From a virus (lineage: Duplodnaviria > Caudoviricetes), in IMG/VR virus record IMGVR_UViG_3300011335_000585, positions 1 to 35,129 of that record: a DNA stretch of 35,129 nucleotides, one strand, 5' to 3'. Shown here one piece after another: positions 28,337 through 35,129 of this stretch. The position numbers and the translations under genes are program-made. Position 1 is the stretch's first letter. Each line of letters begins with the position of its first letter. Under the pieces are notes generated by a model that saw nothing but the letters and a program-made list of their open reading frames with translations, did not search any database and was not told the DNA's origin.

Positions 28337-29450
28337 GCATACCTCCGCTCATTCCGGGATGAGTAATTAATCCTCCGCCAGAACCACCGGTTGCTGTTGC
28401 TGCACTGATCAATAACTTCCAAGCCGGGACAGCTGTATCGGTATCAGTCCATGCACCCGCATTTGTTCGCTCAGTTCTTTGGTATATACCAGAACCAGTA
28501 AATGCCCTGACAACAGTATTATTTGGAAAGTTGACTTGAAGCATAGTAGTAAACCCTAATGATGCATTAGTTACTTCTAAAGTAATCCGGTATGTGCTTC
28601 CGGGTGTCAAACTTGCTAGTGTAGATGTGTCAAACATAATCGTGCGGAGGTTTGCAGTATTAGTACCAGCATAGAGTTCGGTTGCCGTAAAAGACTTACT
28701 TTGCAGTAGTGAGCCACCACTGTCATACAACTTTAGCGTAGCAGTAGACGCACTGTTGGTTATACCAAAAATGCCGTTAACACCTAAGACATTATAGTTT
28801 GTTGTCCACGATGATTCGAGACTAAACTTAACTCCAATTTCGTCTGGAGTAGATCCGCTATTCCAACCAACTATGTTAGTTGGAGTAACTTGCGGATTGC
28901 CATATGTAGCAGTACTAGATTCACAATATATATTTGCATGAGTTTGTGGGTTGTTATTGTTACTAGCAACACCACCAGCCACTGATTTCATCGTAGGGAA
29001 CGATGTTACATTCTGACCTACGCCAGCAAACAGCGTCGTAAACTGCAGGCTATTTGAAGCATCCCACGTCCCAGATTGTGCATACATAACAATTGCATAC
29101 AACTGACCTCTAGTTACTGATGCGGTTCCATTTGCCGTAATTGAAAGATTGACACCTGTGAAGTTTGGAAAGTTAGTTGAGTCAGCAGTGTAATCTGTGT
29201 ATCCTAACCACGTCCCACTAGGATCACCACTTGTGTTTACTGACTGTATTCCAACGCGACAAGTACCCGGTGTAGCATTTGTTCCGCGAGCATCAAAGTA
29301 AAAACCTACCTTGGTAATGGTATCGGATTCTTCTGCTTGCCTAATACACGCTACATAATCACCTATGGCTCGCAAATTCCTGTTACCCGAGTTACTAGTA
29401 CTCGTTGGCTGAGGTAAAAACCAAGGATGGATAAAATCTACTCTAGCCAA
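28329..29450 (-). CDS. Virion beta-sandwich protein, possible receptor-binding (two tandem jelly-roll-like domains)
   Basis: Two units ending VTRGQLYAIVM and LTPGSTYRITL; EIGVKF resembles DUF4082; Gly-rich C-terminal tail. Confidence 0.6.
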   Translation of the reverse strand: MARVDFIHPWFLPQPTSTSNSGNRNLRAIGDYVACIRQAEESDTITKVGFYFDARGTNATPGTCRVGIQSVNTSGDPSGTWLGYTDYTADSTNFPNFTGVNLSITANGTASVTRGQLYAIVMYAQSGTWDASNSLQFTTLFAGVGQNVTSFPTMKSVAGGVASNNNNPQTHANIYCESSTATYGNPQVTPTNIVGWNSGSTPDEIGVKFSLESSWTTNYNVLGVNGIFGITNSASTATLKLYDSGGSLLQSKSFTATELYAGTNTANLRTIMFDTSTLASLTPGSTYRITLEVTNASLGFTTMLQVNFPNNTVVRAFTGSGIYQRTERTNAGAWTDTDTAVPAWKLLISAATATGGSGGGLITHPGMSGGMRG

Positions 29451-29700
29451 TTTTTTCTATCCATGCACCGTTAGGTGCAGTTGTATCAAAGATTGCTTCT
29501 CCACCAACTGTTGTAGTAACAAGATATTCTTGCACTAACAATGACCGCATTAACGCAGTTGGATAATTCGTCTGGCACTGATAAATTTCGTCATTCCACT
29601 GTTGGTCGGTAAGTGTAATAACTTGACCATTGTCAAACTCAATAGCCAGTGCGCCGTCTTCAGTAGTTGTTACGCCTGTAATTTGTAATGTGCTACGCAT
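29443..29700 (-). CDS. Hypothetical protein
   Basis: 85-aa ORF translationally coupled to both neighbours. Confidence 0.7.
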   Translation of the reverse strand: MRSTLQITGVTTTEDGALAIEFDNGQVITLTDQQWNDEIYQCQTNYPTALMRSLLVQEYLVTTTVGGEAIFDTTAPNGAWIEKIG

Positions 29701-29984
29701 TATTCACCTAACTTTAAAAGCTTCTTTTCTACAACACTATTAAACGCTTGTACCGTACGCAATCCTAATGTACCTAGTAAAAAAGAAAGACCTAGCATCT
29801 CAACTGGTTTAGTCCAACCAATATAATCTGCCAGTAACGGAGTTAGATATACAGCAGAAACCGTACCAGTAAATACCGTAATAACGCCCTGCATTGTTGT
29901 ACGTATCTTTTTCCATTCAGTACCAGTGATTGCACCTGCCATAGCGGCTAATAATTGATTGAGGTCGATATGTAGTTTATCCAT
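29700..29984 (-). CDS. Holin (three predicted transmembrane segments)
   Basis: LLAAMAGAITG, VITVFTGTVSAVYLTPLL, LGLSFLLGTLGL plus basic C-terminus; start moved to ATG 29984 to avoid overlap with the adaptor gene. Confidence 0.75.
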   Translation of the reverse strand: MDKLHIDLNQLLAAMAGAITGTEWKKIRTTMQGVITVFTGTVSAVYLTPLLADYIGWTKPVEMLGLSFLLGTLGLRTVQAFNSVVEKKLLKLGE

Positions 29985-29991
29985 GATGCAT

Positions 29992-30942
29992 TTACTTTCC
30001 AGACTGAGGTATTGGTGGAACAGAAAATAATCCACCCGGAGCTTTATAACTTGCATCTAATGCAGCCCATAATGACATCCTTGTCAGATCGTACCAATCT
30101 TTCCAGAAAGAACGTCCTACTAATGAAGGATCGTCATAATTTTTTAATGCTATTTTTGCAGCAGTGTAAGCTGGTAACGACTTAAGTAATGTGTCATCTG
30201 GAATAAATGAAAATGTACCGCTGTCTGTTGGAGTCGCTTCTACAGAAAATGTGCCAGCAGTTCCACCAGTGGGAGTTATTGCTGCGCCTCCAACAGATGT
30301 AGATATTTGAAATCCAGTAGATGAAAGGCTAGTGGCTATAACGTAATACGTAGTTCCAGCAACAATATTTGTAACGGTGCTAGTCCTAAAAACAACTGCT
30401 TGATTAACAGCAAATGTATTAGTTGCAGCAATTGTTGGAGCTGCTAATGTTACTGTTGCAAGAACATATCCACTAATACCTGTATAGGCTATTGGCGTTG
30501 GCGTAGTTGCTCCTGTAACAGTTAGCGTTACTGCAGATACAGGAGTTGGATATAAACCAATACTGTAAATGCCATTACGATACCAATTAACTGGAACACC
30601 TGTTGTTGCTGTGTATGATTGATCGTAAGCTTGAAGTTCCATTTCACCGCAGTGAACAAGCCTAGTAGTTGCTGTTGCAACAGTAAATGGATACCACATG
30701 TTAGTAGCAAGAGTACTGTTTAAACGACTTGTTGTAGACGATATTGTGGCATTACCTTCTAAGAACACACACGTACGGCACATCTCTAATGCACCTTCAT
30801 TTAAATAATTAAGTATGCCTACGTCTGATAATATTTCTGCTGCTCCACCTACTCCAGATGCTAACTCGGCAACAACAGATGTGTTTGTTTCGTTTAAAAG
30901 TCTTAGTGTTTCTGATCGTAATGCTGTAAATCCTAATGCCAT
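29992..30942 (-). CDS. Head-tail adaptor/ring protein with inserted beta module
   Basis: F..LR.....LL.E, ILNYLNEG..E.CR, G.P..WY, IGLYPTP, IPD...L..Y.AAK pattern. Confidence 0.75.
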   Translation of the reverse strand: MALGFTALRSETLRLLNETNTSVVAELASGVGGAAEILSDVGILNYLNEGALEMCRTCVFLEGNATISSTTSRLNSTLATNMWYPFTVATATTRLVHCGEMELQAYDQSYTATTGVPVNWYRNGIYSIGLYPTPVSAVTLTVTGATTPTPIAYTGISGYVLATVTLAAPTIAATNTFAVNQAVVFRTSTVTNIVAGTTYYVIATSLSSTGFQISTSVGGAAITPTGGTAGTFSVEATPTDSGTFSFIPDDTLLKSLPAYTAAKIALKNYDDPSLVGRSFWKDWYDLTRMSLWAALDASYKAPGGLFSVPPIPQSGK

Positions 30943-31589
30943 TAGACTGTCCTCCTCATATACATAGCAGCATATGATTCTACTTGCCCAAGGCGATCCA
31001 TGTATTCAGCTTTGAAAATCTGCATTCCATTAGGATCCATCATTTGCACGGCTCGCTCAGCAAGAATGCCATAGATAAGACAGTCGTGAGCCACAACAGG
31101 TAACGGACATTCCGTTGCGTCAGTATTTGTAATAGGATTTCCACTGGAGTCATAGGCCCAGTATTCACCGGGGATTGCATATCCTTCAACCATAACTCCG
31201 TTTGTAACTGCAATAGATGGAGTTGGGTAAACTGCAATTTCATTCATACCTCTAATGCCAACTGCTTCAGCCCACGCTTGTGCTGGTTTGTTGGCAAGAG
31301 CCACTAGCATTTGATCTCCATAGTTATACATGCGTGGCTGAGTGTAGTCACCATTAGTATCTAGAAATCGAGTAGCGCGAATCTTGTAAATGTCGGGACT
31401 TGCATAAATGTATTGTCCTGCAACAAGGTTTAAATACCGACGACCAACCAAACAGTCAGTGTTTCTGGCTATCTGGTTGGCCGCCTCTTTAATAATGTAA
31501 TCAAGGCCAAATGGGTCACGATCAGCGTCTGTTCCGAAATAATTCCGACCCAGCATTCTTACTCGTTGTTTAATTTGACCTAGATTCAT
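30942..31589 (-). CDS. Head-tail adaptor/ring protein
   Basis: MNLGQIKQRVR, I.EA..QIAR, L.AGQ..Y, IAVYPTP, LP..AHD.L.YG.L pattern. Confidence 0.8.
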   Translation of the reverse strand: MNLGQIKQRVRMLGRNYFGTDADRDPFGLDYIIKEAANQIARNTDCLVGRRYLNLVAGQYIYASPDIYKIRATRFLDTNGDYTQPRMYNYGDQMLVALANKPAQAWAEAVGIRGMNEIAVYPTPSIAVTNGVMVEGYAIPGEYWAYDSSGNPITNTDATECPLPVVAHDCLIYGILAERAVQMMDPNGMQIFKAEYMDRLGQVESYAAMYMRRTV

Positions 31590-31599
31590 TTAATTGACC

Positions 31600-32586
31600 T
31601 TAGACCTGTGCGTTTTCACGTCCGGTTACGAAGCTCATTCCAACGTTAATTGTTGAAGTGTTAGCAAGTAATCCAGTCGTAGTTTCTGTTCGACCAAACG
31701 AAAGAATAGCACGTAAGAATGGGTAATCCGTCTGTACTGGAATAGTAAACACTGCGCCAGTATTTGGGACACCATTCAATCCGTCAAAGAAAACCTGCTG
31801 GAATGTCCTAGATGCAACCAATGCATAAGGACTTGTTGCACCAGCAGTATCTAAGTCTGCAATAGTTCCTGCAGTGCCGTTAAAACCACGTACATAAGAA
31901 CCATACAGCGAGACCGTTAAGTTAGTAACGTTGACAGCTGTTGTAATATTAGATGCACTAATATTCGGCTGTACAACAGTACGAAGATATAACGGACGCA
32001 CGTACTGTCCCGGTAATGGTTCAGGCAGTGCCCCCGCCTGTCCCGGAAGAGCAACCGGTCCAAGTCCGTAGGTTGGGTTAGTTGCGTATGCTACACCAGC
32101 ACTTACAGCCGTAGCTGTTACTAAGAAGTTAGTAGACTTTAGCTCAGAAAGATAGAAGGTGTTAACACCTACATACTGAACGGTGTATGGTCGATACGCC
32201 TTAATAACACCAGCTCCACCAGTAACGGATGTAAATACCAAGGTTGATCCTTGAATTAATCCGTGACCAGTGACAGTAAACAATCCTGCAGTAGAACTAG
32301 AAATTGACGCAGTGCGAAATCCTAGTGGTGCAGCTGCGGTATAAAGACCGTCACCTTTAGTACCATCGGATGTTGTAATACTATAGATGTCTGCAACCTG
32401 CTCATCTGTATAGAAAAAGTCAGATGTATTACATGTAATTGCTGCCGTAGAAGCACCCGCTGAGTTTAAGGTTAATGTATTAAACCCAGAACGAAATACT
32501 TGCTGAAGGTTGCTAGTTACACCAGCTGCAGTTCCAGATACTGTTTGCGTCGGCAACACAAACGAAGTTTTAAAATCTCTTGCCAT
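31600..32586 (-). CDS. Capsid cement/decoration protein (Bbp16-like jelly roll) with inserted beta module
   Basis: Directly after the capsid gene with a strong RBS; C-terminal GAVFTIPVQTDYPFLRAILSF...FVTGRENAQV resembles the BPP-1 cement pattern. Confidence 0.65.
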   Translation of the reverse strand: MARDFKTSFVLPTQTVSGTAAGVTSNLQQVFRSGFNTLTLNSAGASTAAITCNTSDFFYTDEQVADIYSITTSDGTKGDGLYTAAAPLGFRTASISSSTAGLFTVTGHGLIQGSTLVFTSVTGGAGVIKAYRPYTVQYVGVNTFYLSELKSTNFLVTATAVSAGVAYATNPTYGLGPVALPGQAGALPEPLPGQYVRPLYLRTVVQPNISASNITTAVNVTNLTVSLYGSYVRGFNGTAGTIADLDTAGATSPYALVASRTFQQVFFDGLNGVPNTGAVFTIPVQTDYPFLRAILSFGRTETTTGLLANTSTINVGMSFVTGRENAQV

Positions 32587-32588
32587 GT

Positions 32589-32599
32589 CTTACTCCTTA
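32589..32599 (-). promoter_or_regulatory. Strong RBS of the cement gene
   Basis: TAAGGAGTAAG on the - strand, identical to the 11-mer before the capsid gene. Confidence 0.8.
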
Positions 32600-33643
32600 T
32601 TAGTTGATCTTAACGTTCAATCGGCCTAGAGCACGTACATGAGGAATCCAAAGACCAGCGCCCCAATCAAATAAGACGTTGTGCATAATTCCATTTTCCT
32701 TGCTGAGTCCAAGGTATGTCGGCTTGAATGGACCAGACTGCCAACCCTGTACGTAGCCTGAGCCATATCGCACAAAGTAAATCTGCGTCGCAGTAGCACC
32801 TGTAATACCCGAAATTGTCTGGGTGTTACCAATGACAGGAGTTGTACCATCAGACTTACGACCAACTACGCGGATAGTAACATTCTTGTACTTTTCCACT
32901 GGACGATCGTAGCTGTCCTGAGTGATATCAAAACCAGCACCAATACCCATAACACGGATAGCCATTTCAACTTGACGCTTGGCCTGTTCCGACATGTATG
33001 CAACAATGCCATCTCCATCAGGAGCATTCATGTTGTCAAGAACATACTGGAAGTCAGAAATCAAACGGTTTGCAGCAGCAGCAGCAGTCGTAGGACCTGC
33101 CGTAGCAAATAAGTTAGCCGTGGAAATATCAGCACTAGAAGTGATAGACATTTCAGCCGGAATATCGTATGCAACAAAGTTATCTAAGCGATATTTAAGT
33201 CCGGGGAAACAATCGGATGTATTACCAAGAGCAGTAGAAGTAGGGTCGTTATTAATGTACTTGTCATTAAAATCGTACGCAAATCCTTCTAAGAACATCT
33301 TGATCTGTGCATCTACAGGATCAATGATGTTGTTTGGTTGATCAAGTAATACGTGGTCAACAGTGATCTTGTTACGAACAAGATACATTGCTTCTTCATA
33401 CGACTTTGGCTTACCACGAACGGATGCTGGCTCAGTATTAATACCGGTCCAGTTTGGCTGTGGGATACCGCTGTTTAAATAACGTACGCCAATCTGCTTA
33501 AGACTAGGCGAGGTGAAAAATGGAATATCCTTGATAGCATTCCATGTCTGATGAAGGCTTTTGGTGATTTCCTTTACCAGCGGATCATTGGACAAAATAG
33601 CCTGATCTGCGAGGGTAAGGGCACCATTAAAATCAATTGCCAT
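32600..33643 (-). CDS. Major capsid protein (BPP-1/GP7-like HK97 fold)
   Basis: LTLAD.A......V.EI...L.Q...I.DIPF, VD..L.D, INND, FPGL..RL, TQIYFVRYG, ALGRL; 347 aa, after the scaffold gene. Confidence 0.9.
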   Translation of the reverse strand: MAIDFNGALTLADQAILSNDPLVKEITKSLHQTWNAIKDIPFFTSPSLKQIGVRYLNSGIPQPNWTGINTEPASVRGKPKSYEEAMYLVRNKITVDHVLLDQPNNIIDPVDAQIKMFLEGFAYDFNDKYINNDPTSTALGNTSDCFPGLKYRLDNFVAYDIPAEMSITSSADISTANLFATAGPTTAAAAANRLISDFQYVLDNMNAPDGDGIVAYMSEQAKRQVEMAIRVMGIGAGFDITQDSYDRPVEKYKNVTIRVVGRKSDGTTPVIGNTQTISGITGATATQIYFVRYGSGYVQGWQSGPFKPTYLGLSKENGIMHNVLFDWGAGLWIPHVRALGRLNVKIN

Positions 33644-33648
33644 TGTGG

Positions 33649-33659
33649 CTTACTCCTTA
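33649..33659 (-). promoter_or_regulatory. Strong RBS of the major capsid gene
   Basis: TAAGGAGTAAG on the - strand before ATG 33643. Confidence 0.8.
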
Positions 33660-34523
33660 AAGTTGATTCGATGATCGACCAATTCCGAGCAATCGACTAA
33701 TGGTGCTCATTGCACCACGCGACTGTACGGGATCGGGCTGAGAAACGACTTGCTGATTACTATATGAAGTATCAATTGGTACAGGCTGTGACATACGAGA
33801 TGTAATAGTCTGCGTCAACTGAGGAATCATAGACTCAACAATTCCACTAATGTTGTTGTGCACAAACTGTGCAGCATCATTAGGATTCATACCGTTTTGC
33901 ACAAGACCATAAAACATGTCTTGGCCACGGCGAGCGTATGGATATTGATCAAGAGCGGTATCGATCTGCTGTGAGACCATATACTCCGACATCTGATTCA
34001 TGACACGGTCGTATCGCATACGTTGAATTTCAGCGTCAGCCTTAGCTTCTGCTAAATCCTGTGGCATCATTTCATCGCGAGCGAACCCCATATATTGTTC
34101 GCGGATGGTCTGCTCTTGCTGCTCAAGTTGCTGGCGCTGCAAGGCATTCTGTAAATCTGATGCACTCTGGAATCCGTTGCCTTCTAATTGTGTAATTAGA
34201 TCGGCCCAGCGTTCCATCTGTCCTTGATACTCACGACCCTGTCGAGCTTGTTCATTTACTTCACGAAAACGTTCGTAAGGAACAGAACCCGGCTCATCGC
34301 CTAATAGATTGTCATAAAGCTGCTGACGTACTTCAGATTCAACATCTGGCGTAGCATCATATCCATTATCAGCATATTCGTATTCTGATCCACCGTCGCT
34401 GTTTAACGCCCATTGGTTAGGGTCGGCGGCACCCTCTGGTGAATCGTATAAACCTTCTGCTGCGTAGTCGCCCGTCGCCGCTGCTGGTGAGTCAGCGGTT
34501 CGCATCACCATCTCATCGGACAT
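33657..34523 (-). CDS. Capsid scaffolding protein
   Basis: Acidic N-terminus, SVPYERFREVNEQ motif, coiled coil; between portal and capsid genes. Confidence 0.8.
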   Translation of the reverse strand: MSDEMVMRTADSPAAATGDYAAEGLYDSPEGAADPNQWALNSDGGSEYEYADNGYDATPDVESEVRQQLYDNLLGDEPGSVPYERFREVNEQARQGREYQGQMERWADLITQLEGNGFQSASDLQNALQRQQLEQQEQTIREQYMGFARDEMMPQDLAEAKADAEIQRMRYDRVMNQMSEYMVSQQIDTALDQYPYARRGQDMFYGLVQNGMNPNDAAQFVHNNISGIVESMIPQLTQTITSRMSQPVPIDTSYSNQQVVSQPDPVQSRGAMSTISRLLGIGRSSNQL

Positions 34524-35128
34524 TACATTGTACTCCTATTATCTTCTTGATCGCCAGCCATCAAACTGGACGTTAGTTGCGCATCAGCCTGTTGCGATTG
34601 CATCATGGCTTGTTCTTCTTGCGCGTTAGCCGCTATGCCAGCTTTCGCAGTTTCCAAAGCAATATCTGCTTCTAACTTAGCGCGAATCTCGGCAATCTTT
34701 TCTTGAGTCTTTATCTGACTCTTCATCTGTTCCTCTTCTGGGTTAAACGTAGAAGGAGGAGGAGGTGGTGCTTGCTGTTGCATAGCCATTTGCTGTTGCA
34801 TCATCTCTTGCTGCTGCTGTTGCATCATTTGCATCTTTTGATTCTGTGCATCCAAGTGCTGCAAGATTTTACTAGCTTCAGGCATGTTAACCATTTCAAC
34901 AAACAGTTTGTTTGTTTCTGGATCTGCTGGATCTCCAAAGACACCCATCTGTCTGAGCATGGCATACTTTTGCAATCGTGCGTCCGGTCCTTCATCAAGG
35001 CTTGATCCCGGTACATAAACAATGCGGAACTGACCACCATTACGGATTGCATCAAATCGCATAATGCCCTGTTCAATCTTGTCATTTGGAAGTTCGCCAC
35101 CCTCAACATCTCCAACAAACGGAACAAT
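34523..35128 (-). CDS. Portal protein, C-terminal part (truncated by the window edge)
   Basis: Frame open to the window end (IVPFVGDVEGGELPNDKIEQGIMRFD...); V.PGSSL, Gln/Met-rich coiled coil and poly-Pro typical of podovirus portal barrels; upstream of the scaffold gene. Confidence 0.8.
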   Translation of the reverse strand: MVPFVGDVEGGELPNDKIEQGIMRFDAIRNGGQFRIVYVPGSSLDEGPDARLQKYAMLRQMGVFGDPADPETNKLFVEMVNMPEASKILQHLDAQNQKMQMMQQQQQEMMQQQMAMQQQAPPPPPSTFNPEEEQMKSQIKTQEKIAEIRAKLEADIALETAKAGIAANAQEEQAMMQSQQADAQLTSSLMAGDQEDNRSTM

Positions 35129-35129
35129 G

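Larger units (their letters stand above)
1..35129. mobile_element. Tailed dsDNA bacteriophage genome fragment (podovirus-like virion module plus convergent replication module)
   Basis: Gene order portal-scaffold-capsid-cement-adaptors-nozzle-ejection proteins-endolysin on the - strand; initiator/loader/DnaB on the + strand; no tape measure or sheath gene, no host housekeeping genes. Confidence 0.95.

Noticed and set aside
29985-30056. Longer holin start given by the ORF track
   Set aside because: It would overlap the adaptor gene by 65 nt; ATG 29984 gives a typical 94-aa holin
25543-30414. Similar nozzle and adaptor segments as a DGR template/variable repeat pair
   Set aside because: Differences are not adenine-specific, both copies are in-frame coding sequence, and no reverse transcriptase is present in the window
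34740-34840. Poly-Gln/Met and poly-Pro low-complexity tract
   Set aside because: Ordinary feature of podovirus portal C-termini
1-35129. Stop-codon recoding, inteins or introns
   Set aside because: ORFs tile the window densely under the standard code; DnaB and the capsid protein are of normal length

Overview
This is a 35 kb, fully coding fragment of a tailed dsDNA phage genome, probably podovirus-type; no host genes, tRNA, rRNA, CRISPR array, integrase or transposase are visible. The + strand (1-6818) is an early recombination/replication block. It encodes a YubB/DUF1281-like protein, hypotheticals, a VRR-NUC nuclease, a Rad52/Sak-like annealase, a Gam-like protein, an LmbU-family regulator, an HTH initiator, a G39P-like helicase loader and DnaB. 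The - strand (35129 to 6798) is a tightly coupled late operon. In order it encodes the portal C-terminus, scaffold, BPP-1-like major capsid and cement proteins, two paralogous adaptor proteins, holin, a fibre/appendage module, a 1445-aa tail nozzle, three cysteine-free putative ejection proteins (344, 609, 3710 aa) and a CHAP endolysin. Four observations stand out. (1) One ~75-aa beta-rich module is inserted six times into three different virion proteins (cement, adaptor, nozzle), nested inside other domains. (2) The 3710-aa Cys-free cargo protein has a zincin HExxH motif and >2000 aa with no recognisable function. (3) CCWGG appears to be completely absent. (4) Two early leaders have alternative-hairpin/terminator architecture. 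All family calls come from motif recognition by eye, not from database searches.
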